A stretch of DNA of 64,000 bases, from NCBI GenBank assembly GCA_049287205.1, contig JBAQFJ010000001.1, forward strand, positions 511,041 to 575,040, in the 5' to 3' direction. The stretch comes from Microgenomates group bacterium (GTDB taxonomy: Bacteria > Patescibacteriota > Microgenomatia > UBA10105 > UBA927). This document shows, one piece after another, positions 19,360 to 29,771 of this stretch. The notes under the pieces are model-generated. The model saw only the letters and a list, made by a program, of their open reading frames with translations, was not told the origin of the DNA and made no database searches. How positions within the stretch are numbered: the first letter of the stretch is position 1; every line of letters begins with the position of its first letter. A program made the position numbers and the translations under genes.

Positions 19360-20019
19360 TTATACTGCGCCTTTTCCTGTAATCATCGCAAGAGGGCTCT
19401 TCAGTATAATAAGCATATCAAACAATAATGAGCGCTTAGTCACATAATCCGCGTCCATCTGAATACGCTTGTCAAAATTTACCTCACTTCTCCCTGAGAC
19501 CTGCCAGTAACCGGTTACTCCTGGTTTGGCGGACAACACCACCTTCACCAATTGTTTTGTATGCGGATATTTCTTTTGCTGTTCCCGAAGTTCATCTTGA
19601 TAATATGGCCGCGGACCGACAAGACTCATATCACCCTTAAGTACATTAAATAACTGAGGAATTTCGTCAATGCTGTGCTTTCTGATAAATCTTCCAACTC
19701 TTGTAACGCGGGGGTCATGCACCAGTTTATAACTGTTGTGCCGGTATTCTTCATACAGTTTTGCCATATTTGGATCACTCCGCAACATTTGATGTGCGTT
19801 TATCACCATTGAACGAAATTTAAAGAGTTTAAATAATTTTCCATTTTTTCCAACACGATTGGGAGTATCAGCAAGTATCGGGCCCGGCGTATCCAAAAAA
19901 ATTGCAATAGATGTGACAAGAATAATCGGAGAAAAAACAATGATAATAAGAATGCTTGCAACAATATCAATCAATCGTTTTGTAACTGTATACCACATAG
20001 TATTAGGTAAGCGATTCAT
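19360..20019 (-). CDS. Polyprenyl-phosphate sugar phosphotransferase (Bac_transf family; WbaP/PglC-like initiating transferase)
   Basis: 219 aa, one N-terminal hydrophobic helix; KLFKFRSM, DEIPQLFNVLKGDMSLVGPRP and PGVTGYWQVSGRS motifs. Confidence 0.85.
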   Translation of the reverse strand: MNRLPNTMWYTVTKRLIDIVASILIIIVFSPIILVTSIAIFLDTPGPILADTPNRVGKNGKLFKLFKFRSMVINAHQMLRSDPNMAKLYEEYRHNSYKLVHDPRVTRVGRFIRKHSIDEIPQLFNVLKGDMSLVGPRPYYQDELREQQKKYPHTKQLVKVVLSAKPGVTGYWQVSGRSEVNFDKRIQMDADYVTKRSLLFDMLIILKSPLAMITGKGAV

Positions 20020-21085
20020 GTTCAGTTCCTGTAAATCCTTCTACAATCTTTTTAATTTTTGGGACGGAGGTTTTTTTACATACCATCAGCACGTCGTCAG
20101 TATTGACGATAAGAAGTTCAGATACATCGATACCGACAACCAGCTGTTTCCCGTAGTTATACACCAGACAATCATCCACATCTTTCAAAAATACTTTTCC
20201 CTGTATCACATTTTTATCCGATGAACCTTCCAGTGATTCTTTTAATGCCTCCCACGCGCCGATATCACTCCATTCAATATTTTCTGAAACAACGAGCGCA
20301 CTCGCAGGATCCAGTTTTTCAAGAATAGCATTATCAAAACTGATTTTTTCAAGTGTCGGGTATACTTTTTCCAGAACAATTTCGTACTTGTCCGTATGCC
20401 ATGCGGCAGCTATTTCCTGCAGCCCTTCATACACATTCGGGACGAACTTCTTATATTGGGACAACAGAAATCTCGGAGTCGTCACAAAATATCCAAGATT
20501 CCATGCATGATGCCCGCTCTCAAAATATTTTTTTGCCGTTGCCTCATCAGGACGGTATTGAAAATCAACAAATGCATGCATTGCAACGCCATCTTCAGTT
20601 TCCACCGTTTCTCCAAAATCAATCCACCCCAAATTTTCACTGGCAAACCGAGGCTTCTGGGAAACAAACACGATCTTATCCTGATCCCTAGAAACGACAG
20701 TTCCCGCCGCTTTCAGTATCTTCCGAAATAGTACTTCATTCTTCACAAGATGATCGCTCCACAAAATAACCATCGGTTCATCAGGAGAAACGGTTGCAAA
20801 CAACGCCGTTACGAGTCCTACCGCGGGCCCGACATCCCGCATAACCGGCTCACCGATCACATGGCCTTTGGGAAGCTCCGTCAGCTGACTCTCGACAATT
20901 TCAACATATTGTTTTCCGGTTGAAACATAAATATCATTCCAGGTGAAATCTGGTTGCACCCGACCGACCGCAAGTTGAAGTGTTGATTTGTCACCGATAA
21001 TTTTCTCAAATTGTTTCGGTGACTTTTTTCTTGAAAGAGGCCACAATCTCGTACCGACTCCGCCTGCAAAGACAATTGCTTTCAT
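20003..21085 (-). CDS. manC: Mannose-1-phosphate guanylyltransferase
   Basis: MKAIVFAGGVGTRLWPLSRKKSPKQF; NTP_transferase fold without the PMI cupin domain. Confidence 0.8.
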   Translation of the reverse strand: MKAIVFAGGVGTRLWPLSRKKSPKQFEKIIGDKSTLQLAVGRVQPDFTWNDIYVSTGKQYVEIVESQLTELPKGHVIGEPVMRDVGPAVGLVTALFATVSPDEPMVILWSDHLVKNEVLFRKILKAAGTVVSRDQDKIVFVSQKPRFASENLGWIDFGETVETEDGVAMHAFVDFQYRPDEATAKKYFESGHHAWNLGYFVTTPRFLLSQYKKFVPNVYEGLQEIAAAWHTDKYEIVLEKVYPTLEKISFDNAILEKLDPASALVVSENIEWSDIGAWEALKESLEGSSDKNVIQGKVFLKDVDDCLVYNYGKQLVVGIDVSELLIVNTDDVLMVCKKTSVPKIKKIVEGFTGTEHESLT

Positions 21086-21094
21086 AGAGTTTAA

Positions 21095-22186
21095 TTATAC
21101 TTGATTTACCATTTTGTTTATATATGCCGTCATTTCTTCCTTAAATCGCTTAACACTGAATTTCTCCGCCTGCCTTCGACACGCCGACTCTGTAATACCT
21201 AACGTTTCAAATTTTGTAATAGCTCTCATGAGTCCATCGGGCGTTTGCTCGTCATATAACACACCGGTCTTTCCATCTACAACAATTTCAGCAACTCCAC
21301 TTTCCCTGTATGCAATCACCGGTTTCCCTGCACTTTGTGCTTCTGCTGCAACAATACCGAAATCTTCATCCCCTGCAAAAAGAAATGCACGACAATTTTG
21401 ATAATACCCAAGCAGTTCACTGTCTGTCAAATACTTTGTAATGAATTGCACGGATGGTGACGCCATCTTCTGTAACGACTGATATTCACTGCCGCAGCCG
21501 ATGACAACGAGCGGCAGATGCAATCTGTTACACGCCGCAATAACAATATCAGCCCGTTTGTATGGAACAAGCCGAGATACAAATAAATAGTATGTTCCTT
21601 TTTTTGTTTGTTTCTTCTTCGTAAATTTGGATGTTTCAACCGGCGGGTATATCACGCAATCCGCTTTGCGCATATAGTAAGTTTCTATCCTCTGACGTAC
21701 GCGGTTTGATATTGCAACATAACGGTCGGGTCTTCGTGCTGCGTTCAGATCCCAGTGCTTTAATACCGGAGCCCAAAGTCTGAAAAAAAATGACAACATT
21801 GCGTGATCACGCGCATAGGTGGCAAACCCGCTCCATAAATATCGTGTGGGAGTCAAACAATAACACAGATGCACGGTCGGCGGCGGCGTATGAATATTTT
21901 TTGCTTCGGCACTCGTCACAGAAATAACCAAATCGAACGCAGAAAAATCAAATGACTGAAACGCCAGTGGAGTAAGCCAAGGGAAAAATTCATGATGTCT
22001 GCGGGCAAATGGAATACGATTTATAAATGAAGGAATCACATGAAATACCCGTGCCCATGGTGCTCCTTTAGGGTCATAGACTGCGGTATACAATGGCGCA
22101 TTGGGAAATAACTCATGAAGCGTGCCGAGTACCCGCTCCGCACCGCCTATTTTATTTACCCGATCATAGACGAGTGCAACCTTCAT
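21095..22186 (-). CDS. Glycosyltransferase family 4
   Basis: GT-B fold, EX7E-region GDEDFGIVAAEAQSAGKPVIAYRESGVAE; start at the MKVALVYD Met, which forms an ATGA overlap with the upstream stop. Confidence 0.8.
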   Translation of the reverse strand: MKVALVYDRVNKIGGAERVLGTLHELFPNAPLYTAVYDPKGAPWARVFHVIPSFINRIPFARRHHEFFPWLTPLAFQSFDFSAFDLVISVTSAEAKNIHTPPPTVHLCYCLTPTRYLWSGFATYARDHAMLSFFFRLWAPVLKHWDLNAARRPDRYVAISNRVRQRIETYYMRKADCVIYPPVETSKFTKKKQTKKGTYYLFVSRLVPYKRADIVIAACNRLHLPLVVIGCGSEYQSLQKMASPSVQFITKYLTDSELLGYYQNCRAFLFAGDEDFGIVAAEAQSAGKPVIAYRESGVAEIVVDGKTGVLYDEQTPDGLMRAITKFETLGITESACRRQAEKFSVKRFKEEMTAYINKMVNQV

Positions 22187-23271
22187 AGTGCAGTATAGAC
22201 ACGAAGTGTCTCTTTGGCAGTGTTCTCCCATTGGTACTTGGAAATCAGTTTTTTCTCCAAATCACTTATCTTTTTTTTCTTGCCCGCAGTTATCGCTTCC
22301 ATTACGGCAATAAGTGATTCCTCTTTGCTCGGATCAAAATAGAGAGGGATTGTGGCAAATAACTCATGAAACACGGGAATATCCGAAACAGCAACCGGAG
22401 TGCCGAATCCAATCGCTTCCAGTGCAGGGAGTCCGAATCCTTCCATATGTGAAGGAAATACAAATGCGGCAGCATGTGTATAATACGCCGCAAGCTGCTC
22501 GTCACTGACAGACTCCACAAATACGATTTGTGAAGCCCACGGAAATTGCAGAACCCATTTTTTAAGCCGACTGTAGAAAAAATCATTTTTTCCGACTAAA
22601 ACCAATTGATAATTGGGGTGACGAATAATAAATGTGCCGAAACTGCGGATAAGAAATTCCAGATTTTTATGCGGATACGCATTACCTACATACAAAAAAT
22701 ACGGTTTCTTATTTGGAGACGCTGTGTTGGCAGACATAATCTGTTTATCAACACCTTCATACGTTACACTGATTTTCTTGGGGTTAGTTCCTAAACTTTT
22801 AACAATGTCATCTTTCGTACTTTTTGAAACTGCAATAACGTGCTTGGCTCGCATGATTCCCAACCGCACAATAATTTGATATCCGATTTTTCTTAAAAAG
22901 TAGAGTGGACGCGGCAATGTGGTTGCCTTTCCTGTAGTCACATGTAAAATCGTCAGGTCGTGAATCGTAATGATATATGGTTTTGGATAAAATATCGGCG
23001 CGTTAAAATAGGGAACATGCAAAAGATCAAGATGTTCAGATAAAAATATCCAAGGCATCACCAATTGTTCTTGGAGCGTATGCCAATGAACAGCACATAC
23101 ACGCTTCTTCCAACGGATATTTGGAGGGATAAATGTATCGAAGCCATCTTTCGGCAGAAAAATGACATAGGTATTGGTTTGATCAATGGCTGCAAGTTCC
23201 GTAATAAGATTACGGATATACCGTCCAATCCCAGTTTCTCCGATAAGGCGAGCGTCAATACCTATGTTCAT
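22183..23271 (-). CDS. Glycosyltransferase family 4
   Basis: MNIGIDARLIGETGIGRY N-domain; FPSHMEGFGLPALEAIGFGTPVAVSD C-domain. Confidence 0.8.
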   Translation of the reverse strand: MNIGIDARLIGETGIGRYIRNLITELAAIDQTNTYVIFLPKDGFDTFIPPNIRWKKRVCAVHWHTLQEQLVMPWIFLSEHLDLLHVPYFNAPIFYPKPYIITIHDLTILHVTTGKATTLPRPLYFLRKIGYQIIVRLGIMRAKHVIAVSKSTKDDIVKSLGTNPKKISVTYEGVDKQIMSANTASPNKKPYFLYVGNAYPHKNLEFLIRSFGTFIIRHPNYQLVLVGKNDFFYSRLKKWVLQFPWASQIVFVESVSDEQLAAYYTHAAAFVFPSHMEGFGLPALEAIGFGTPVAVSDIPVFHELFATIPLYFDPSKEESLIAVMEAITAGKKKKISDLEKKLISKYQWENTAKETLRVYTAL

Positions 23272-24146
23272 AAGCCAAATAATTTTAGTCCAACAAGCTG
23301 TAAATCAAATGCTGTATATACAAGCCACGTAATAATCGGATTATATTTTTTTTCGTAATGTTTGGTATAAAACAACTTGTTATAGGTGATGAACATCGTC
23401 TGTGTTTTTATTCTGCGTTCACGGTTTGCATGCGATCGTCCGCTTTGTTTCTTTTTGTGCAGTATTGTCACCGTCGGGTTATACCAAATCTGCCATCCCG
23501 CCTCTTTTATTCTGTACGCCCAATCAATATCTTCCCCATACATGAAATAGGCTTCATCGAGCATACCAACCTTGTCTATCACCTCACGACGCACCAAAAA
23601 GAATGCGCCGCTGATACAATCAACCTCATGAATGGTCGTCAAATCCTTATATAGCTGATGATATCCGCTAAAGCATCGGACGTTCGGAAACAGTTTTTCC
23701 ATTTTTAAATAATACGTCAACGCATTCCATGGAGTAGGCATTCCTCTGTGACATGCAGGGTCAATAGAGCCGTCCATCAAAAGCAATTTGCAGGTAGAAG
23801 CACCGCACTGAGGATGCGCATCCATAAATTTGATCATGGTTGCGATGGCGTCCTCTGCAACCTCGGTATCGGAATTGAGAAGCAACACATATCTGCCTTT
23901 GGCTATTTTTATCCCCGGATTATTCCCTGCGGCAAATCCGACGTTTCCGCCATTCTGAATAAAGGTGACTTGGGGAAATTCTTTTTTGATCATTATGTCT
24001 GTGCCATCTGTTGATGCATTGTCACAAACAATAATTTCCATTGAAATGTTGGGTAACGCTGATGCAAGTAATTTTTCAATTGCAATTTTCGTAAGTTCCA
24101 AGGTGTTAAAATTTAAGATTATGACGGACACATCTATGTGTTTCAT
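23268..24146 (-). CDS. Glycosyltransferase family 2
   Basis: VSVIILNFNTLELTKIAIEKL...VCDNASTDGT, DXD region; start at MKHID, overlapping the upstream stop (ATGA). Confidence 0.8.
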   Translation of the reverse strand: MKHIDVSVIILNFNTLELTKIAIEKLLASALPNISMEIIVCDNASTDGTDIMIKKEFPQVTFIQNGGNVGFAAGNNPGIKIAKGRYVLLLNSDTEVAEDAIATMIKFMDAHPQCGASTCKLLLMDGSIDPACHRGMPTPWNALTYYLKMEKLFPNVRCFSGYHQLYKDLTTIHEVDCISGAFFLVRREVIDKVGMLDEAYFMYGEDIDWAYRIKEAGWQIWYNPTVTILHKKKQSGRSHANRERRIKTQTMFITYNKLFYTKHYEKKYNPIITWLVYTAFDLQLVGLKLFGL

Positions 24147-25315
24147 ACGGCACCTTTCCAAACTACATCTAGTTTTTCTGCAATTGCCTGCCAGTCATAC
24201 ATTGTTTCGACCATTTTCCGCGCGTTTTTCGTTATAGTTTTTGCCGTTTCCGGATGCGCATAAATAGTATTAACCGCGCTTCCAAATTCCTCCGGTGTTG
24301 CAGCTTCATAAAATTCTTTCCCGCTCGTTCCAACGATGCCCATCCGTCCTTCTTTTGTCGTCACGACAAGTGTCCCTGTTGCCATGGCTTCAAGAATCTT
24401 AAACTTTGTTCCCCCGCCAATCCCCATTGGGGCAAGCAGTACGTCAGATGCTGCAAAAGCATCCCGAATATCCTCTACATATTCTTCAAGATGAACAGAC
24501 GGAAGAATATATTTTCTAAGACCGCTCGGAAAATGTTTTCCTACAATAGTAAGTTTCGCCTCGGGATACACAAGTAAAATTTTCAGCCAAATCGTTGTCA
24601 GCAATTGTCGCACTGCCTCTAAATTTGGCGCCCAAAGAAAATTTCCCACAAATAAAAATGTCGGATTTTTTTTATCAAATTTTTTCCCAACATACGTAAA
24701 CGTTTTTGTATCGACTCCGTTTGGAATAACTGGTGTTTCTTTTTTCGTAGATGCTGAAATTATTTTTGCATCATCTTCCGATACTGCTGTCACGATGCGC
24801 GCCCGTTGCCAAACAATTTCTTCCCAAATTTTAATCTTTACGGCGTCAAAATAAGCAAGCGGTTTCAAAAGCGGAAACCGAATTTTTTCGGCATTCTTCA
24901 GATAAATAGCATATTCCACATTATGCTCCGATACGATCATAGGAACAGATAACGGCGGTAATGACGGAAACACATAAAACGGCTCTATATGTACAAGATC
25001 ATATTTTTTCCGTGCCAGTTCTTCTTTTATTTTTTGCTGCATCATGCGGTTATCATACGTTGCCAAAAGGAGCGGGAAATTACCGAGCGCTTTAAAAATA
25101 TATTTTGCCTGCCTTCCCTTGCCGCGCATGATCATATGCACATCTTTGACAAATGAAATATGTGTTGCCAGAGCACGCTCTTCCTCATTCCTGATAAATG
25201 ACATGAGCGTAATATCATGTTTTTTTGAAAGCGCTTTCAACAGATTATACATACGCACCTGACCGCCGGAATGAAGCGGATATGGCAGGAGTGCGCTGAC
25301 AAATAAAATATTCAT
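24143..25315 (-). CDS. Glycosyltransferase family 4
   Basis: MNILFVSALLPYPLHSGGQVRMYNL; C-terminal APMGIGGGTKFKILEAMATGTLVVTT. Confidence 0.8.
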   Translation of the reverse strand: MNILFVSALLPYPLHSGGQVRMYNLLKALSKKHDITLMSFIRNEEERALATHISFVKDVHMIMRGKGRQAKYIFKALGNFPLLLATYDNRMMQQKIKEELARKKYDLVHIEPFYVFPSLPPLSVPMIVSEHNVEYAIYLKNAEKIRFPLLKPLAYFDAVKIKIWEEIVWQRARIVTAVSEDDAKIISASTKKETPVIPNGVDTKTFTYVGKKFDKKNPTFLFVGNFLWAPNLEAVRQLLTTIWLKILLVYPEAKLTIVGKHFPSGLRKYILPSVHLEEYVEDIRDAFAASDVLLAPMGIGGGTKFKILEAMATGTLVVTTKEGRMGIVGTSGKEFYEAATPEEFGSAVNTIYAHPETAKTITKNARKMVETMYDWQAIAEKLDVVWKGAV

Positions 25316-25321
25316 GAGTAC

Positions 25322-26806
25322 TTATTTTTTCTTCGTTAAATCAATAATTGCGAATTTGTCGTTTCGGAGAAGTACGGTATACATATTGGCAAGATCCCGC
25401 GTTTCAAGATCAGTATCTGTCGGAGAGACCGTCACATAATGTGTTGCGCCCATTTGAATTTTTTTATCGATATCAAACCCCAATGGCCAACCCTGATGTC
25501 CTGTCTGATAGAGAAATGTCGTATCTCCATTATATGGCGCAATAACTTTGGCGTTGGCAGGAAGCAGCGCTCGGGCAGCAGTACCTGCCTCAATAATTTC
25601 AATCCTATTTACCCAATAGTACGTTCTCACGGTATACCAAGAAAAAAAGATGGTAAAGGCAAATACAACGAATCCTACGGCAATACCTGTTATTTTCTGT
25701 AAACCCTTTGCCTCCCAGTTTTTCTTTATCATCCACGCAATTCCCTTGGCACTATACACAACAATTGCGGGCAAAATAAGAATCTGATAATAATCATGCT
25801 GCACATTTCCGGTTGCAAGAATAGTCATGTAGAGTAATGCGCCAAACCCTAATAAATGACTCAAGAGTCGTTCCTTCTTTTCAGTTTTTTCAATGAGACC
25901 CAATCCTAAAAACAGAACGCCCCAATACCCCAAGATAAGCTTGCTGATCCTCTCGGCAAATAACCAATAAAACCATGCACCTTTAAACCGGATAGCATTG
26001 CTGTTAAATAACCATAAAAACACCGGAATCCCTTCCGGATACTGCGCAATCCATTGCCGCCAAATATAAAACGGCAGCAGTGTCATCACGCTAAAAAGGA
26101 CAAGTCGAAAAAATGTTGTCCCGATCGTTTTCCTGTTGGTTAACAGTATTCCTATGACAGGTAACAGAACAAATCCTGCGACAGGTTTCACAAGAAGCGC
26201 GGTTCCTGCAACGATCGCCGCAAGAAGGGTGAGTATCCATGTACCCGTTTTTTTCTTTATGTCACTGGCAATATCAAATAACAAGATGCTGACCACTGCC
26301 AAACAAACAGAAATCCCATCCGGTAATATGGCACGTCCGTAAAATATGCTGTATGGAAGTACCGCATACAAAAATGCAGTAAGTACTCCTGTAATCGCAT
26401 TGATTCTTCTCCATACGAGAATTCCTAAGGAAATTCCTGTAATCGTAGAAGCGGCTATTGCCAATATGCGAAGCCAAAGTTCAATCGAAAATATACCAAA
26501 TGTGGTGAAACACCATGCAGCGGCTCCTTGATACAGAGGAAATTCCACCATGCGATACCCCTCAGGATTATCATACCCAGTTTGAATATTTGAAAGATCA
26601 TCATATCTCGGATGTAAGAGATCAATGCCATTTTGCACATAATTCCTTGCAACCGCCGCGGTGTCTGCCTGCCGCCAACTATGCCAATCCGCGATTGCTC
26701 CATTCACTTTATACAAACGCACGAAGATTCCCAGTATTGCAATCAACAATAAACTGACGATGGTAAATGCTTTTGCTTTCATATCACTGTATGTTCTGCA
26801 CTTCAC
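25322..26806 (-). CDS. Polytopic membrane protein, GT-C-type (PMT_2/ArnT-like) glycosyltransferase candidate
   Basis: 494 aa, about 11 predicted TM helices, first extracytoplasmic loop WHSWRQADTAAVARNY, soluble C-terminal domain; alternative start at 26782. Confidence 0.45.
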   Translation of the reverse strand: MKCRTYSDMKAKAFTIVSLLLIAILGIFVRLYKVNGAIADWHSWRQADTAAVARNYVQNGIDLLHPRYDDLSNIQTGYDNPEGYRMVEFPLYQGAAAWCFTTFGIFSIELWLRILAIAASTITGISLGILVWRRINAITGVLTAFLYAVLPYSIFYGRAILPDGISVCLAVVSILLFDIASDIKKKTGTWILTLLAAIVAGTALLVKPVAGFVLLPVIGILLTNRKTIGTTFFRLVLFSVMTLLPFYIWRQWIAQYPEGIPVFLWLFNSNAIRFKGAWFYWLFAERISKLILGYWGVLFLGLGLIEKTEKKERLLSHLLGFGALLYMTILATGNVQHDYYQILILPAIVVYSAKGIAWMIKKNWEAKGLQKITGIAVGFVVFAFTIFFSWYTVRTYYWVNRIEIIEAGTAARALLPANAKVIAPYNGDTTFLYQTGHQGWPLGFDIDKKIQMGATHYVTVSPTDTDLETRDLANMYTVLLRNDKFAIIDLTKKK

Positions 26807-29771
26807 GAACGCCGCGTTTTAACTCATAGTTGTCAAATACAAATACTTCCCGATCTCCGAGGTTCATTTGAAAATTATATGCATCTTCAATCGACGGCAT
26901 AGTAAACACCCTGTATGGACTTGTCCTGTACATATGCCAGATAGCATCATTTATCCCTGTCGGGAAAATCCAAGCGCTTCCATATCTGATTGGCATATCG
27001 ACAAAAAAGAATGTTTTCACATCTTTAGGCGGATATGTTTCTTTCTTAATCACCTGTAATGCGTGCTCTGCTGATTTGCTTGCAAAGAGCCAGTCGCCAC
27101 CGAGACGCTTCACTTCCATGACATTCCAGACAAAATATCCGACACACACGATACATATAAGAATTTTTACAAATTTACTCCGTGTTGTTTGCCAAAGTTT
27201 GCTTATTCCAATAACAAGTCCAACAACCAAAAACATGGATGGAATATACACATATCTGTCTGCCATACCCCCTAGGGGCGCGTATGCAGTAAAACTGACA
27301 AGATAGGCCAAAAACCATATCCACACATCTGTATGCTTGCGTATCACATCCCGTTTTTTCCATGCCCACATGATCACGGCAACACCAAAGACGGCAAATA
27401 CACCAGTCATTGGTTTTAACAACGGTCGAGACAACACACGTAATTGATTCCATTTTTCAACGACAGACGGGCCGCCAAAAAATGACACGGTGTATCCTAA
27501 GAGATTACTGATAGTATTGATAAAAAATGTGCTAACTTTATATCCATAATCCCCTGCAGGAGCAAGAGCCATGGCGCCTTGCCTCATAAAAAGATATACA
27601 GGAATACACAAAAGTGGCACGTATGTCCAGAAAGATTTTTTCTGTTTAAAAAATGAAAGCAGCGTCACGACAACCGGTGCGATAACCATCCCGTCATACG
27701 AAAACATGGATGCAATCGTCAACATCCATACGACTATCGCCGTTACCCATACAGGCACCCGCTTCAACAGTGCGCGTGATTCAAATTGTATATACACAGC
27801 AGCCATCAGGAAAAATCCTGCGAGCAAACTGCTTTGACCGGATATCCAATACACATTTTCATGGTGTACAGCTGCGACAGCAAATACGAGTGCGCCAATC
27901 CATGCAAACATCCTTTGTTTCATACACAACAAAAGTAAGCGATAGATAAAAAATGACGTACCAAACAACAGGAATAACGACGCTGCATGATAAATTGCAG
28001 GCTTCAACCAAACGACAGAAAACAATGTGTAATACCAAAGTTTTGGAATCGGACGATACCAAAATCCTTCAGACTGGGTAAAAAATCTGCCAACATCAGA
28101 AATGTTACTTTCCGCAGCCCACCGGAGCCAGGTAAAGTCATCTCCCAAAAAATAAAGCTGCGTTGCTATTCCCCAAATAACGAAGACGCTGATGAACAAA
28201 TAGAATACGTAGGCAAGTGGGCGTGTCGCGATATGTTTTAGCAATGCAAGATATTTCGTTGCTACCTGTTTTTCACCAACAAGCATAGCTACAGCCATGC
28301 CCAACAGCGACCACATGGTAAATGCAACTTTTGAAGCTTCAAACACATCGATAAGTACTGCATTAACCAAGAGTCCGACAATACCTGAAAAAAGCCCGAT
28401 CACAAATGCGCGCTTGACCGGTTCGAGTGTTTCTTTGTATTTCAAAAACAACTGGAATGCGGCGGCAAAAATACCAAGGAATGCAATTGCACCAAGTATC
28501 CCGGTTTCCCCCAACATACGGTGATAATCTCCGTCGACCGCGACAGAAAGTGATGAATAGCCGCTTCCCAAAAGGTAATTTCTTTTAAACGCTTCCATTG
28601 CCTTCGGCCATTGCCCCTGAAACCTCGTAGTAATGGAAATGTCATACACCAGTGCTTTCTGGATCAGAAAACTGCCGGAAAAAGTTGCGATATCACCAGC
28701 GCCGTCCACATCAATACTCTTGTAATACAACACTTCGGAAATCTGACCTGAAGTTGAGCTGTCAGCAGTACCCAAATTAATAAATTCACTCCCCCGTGGC
28801 AACGTATCCTCCGCAGGAGACGCAATAGGCTCTAGGGTCGCGCTTGATCCGCTTGTGGAATTTAATGTACCGATAGGTTTACCTGTGGAAAGATCGACGA
28901 TAACGTCACTGACAGAAAATGTTTTATAAAACCGTTCAGACGCGCCGCTTGTTAGGGTCATCATCAGCATACTTAAAACGATCATCGGAATAATAAGCCG
29001 TATTTTTTTCTGCCAAAACAACATGAATGACATACAGACGAGGTAGACGCCAAACGATACACGGGATGCAGTAAACAAGAGCATTTCAAAACCCAAAAGT
29101 GTCAGAAAAAGAAACACGAGTTTATGCCACACTTTTTTCGCGCTGAAAATCAAACTTCCTATGATTGGAATGACTAAGATAAGATACGCAGCCAAATCAT
29201 AATGTCCGCCGAATGTCGAAGGAAACCGTGCTGTTGGAGGCAGTTTTAGCGGCACTCCTTTGGCAAATTCTTCATTCATGGTTAAAAACGCAGGGAATCC
29301 CAAAAATTTCTGACCGAACCCATACAAAATAATCAGCACATAGGATCCGATCAGTGTCCACAACAACGGTTTAATAAGCGGTTTGTTTTTAAATGCCTCA
29401 TACGCCACAAAAAATAGCATCATGTATTCAAGACGCCTCACATAATGCAGGACTGCCAAGTGTGGGAATAACACACCTGATAAATTCGGGAAAATAAATA
29501 ACAAGGCGTTTGCCAATGAAATCAGTCCGACAATCCAGTACACACCAATTGGACGCGTCAGTGGTGATTTTGGCAATTTCCTGTCGCGAATAAGCGTTGC
29601 AAGGAGCGCAACTGCAACAAACCCCACCAAAATATCTTCAAATCGGACAGACACCCATGTCTGCGTAATATCAAGAAGTGGAATTTTCGGATACAACGGA
29701 ATAAACGCCAATAAAAACAGCGTCATTATGTACAATCCGTATTGATTACACCAACTTATAAGCTTCCGCAT
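26784..29771 (-). CDS. Very large polytopic membrane protein (995 aa), O-antigen ligase/polymerase-like N-terminal region fused to a second multi-TM module
   Basis: More than 20 hydrophobic helices; GGHYDLAAYLILVIPIIG and LLFTASRVSFGVYL resemble Wzy_C-type motifs; large central extracytoplasmic region (roughly residues 280-400) and a second TM bundle. Confidence 0.4.
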   Translation of the reverse strand: MRKLISWCNQYGLYIMTLFLLAFIPLYPKIPLLDITQTWVSVRFEDILVGFVAVALLATLIRDRKLPKSPLTRPIGVYWIVGLISLANALLFIFPNLSGVLFPHLAVLHYVRRLEYMMLFFVAYEAFKNKPLIKPLLWTLIGSYVLIILYGFGQKFLGFPAFLTMNEEFAKGVPLKLPPTARFPSTFGGHYDLAAYLILVIPIIGSLIFSAKKVWHKLVFLFLTLLGFEMLLFTASRVSFGVYLVCMSFMLFWQKKIRLIIPMIVLSMLMMTLTSGASERFYKTFSVSDVIVDLSTGKPIGTLNSTSGSSATLEPIASPAEDTLPRGSEFINLGTADSSTSGQISEVLYYKSIDVDGAGDIATFSGSFLIQKALVYDISITTRFQGQWPKAMEAFKRNYLLGSGYSSLSVAVDGDYHRMLGETGILGAIAFLGIFAAAFQLFLKYKETLEPVKRAFVIGLFSGIVGLLVNAVLIDVFEASKVAFTMWSLLGMAVAMLVGEKQVATKYLALLKHIATRPLAYVFYLFISVFVIWGIATQLYFLGDDFTWLRWAAESNISDVGRFFTQSEGFWYRPIPKLWYYTLFSVVWLKPAIYHAASLFLLFGTSFFIYRLLLLCMKQRMFAWIGALVFAVAAVHHENVYWISGQSSLLAGFFLMAAVYIQFESRALLKRVPVWVTAIVVWMLTIASMFSYDGMVIAPVVVTLLSFFKQKKSFWTYVPLLCIPVYLFMRQGAMALAPAGDYGYKVSTFFINTISNLLGYTVSFFGGPSVVEKWNQLRVLSRPLLKPMTGVFAVFGVAVIMWAWKKRDVIRKHTDVWIWFLAYLVSFTAYAPLGGMADRYVYIPSMFLVVGLVIGISKLWQTTRSKFVKILICIVCVGYFVWNVMEVKRLGGDWLFASKSAEHALQVIKKETYPPKDVKTFFFVDMPIRYGSAWIFPTGINDAIWHMYRTSPYRVFTMPSIEDAYNFQMNLGDREVFVFDNYELKRGVREVQNIQ

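Noticed and set aside
25322-26806. Alternative start codons creating 23-26-nt overlaps (25322..26806 versus 26784..29771; 26784..29771 versus 29746..30612; 145..786 versus 761..2152)
   Set aside because: Either the long or the shorter internal-Met start is plausible and they cannot be distinguished without ribosome-binding-site or experimental data. ORF-track coordinates were kept for these genes and the alternatives noted.
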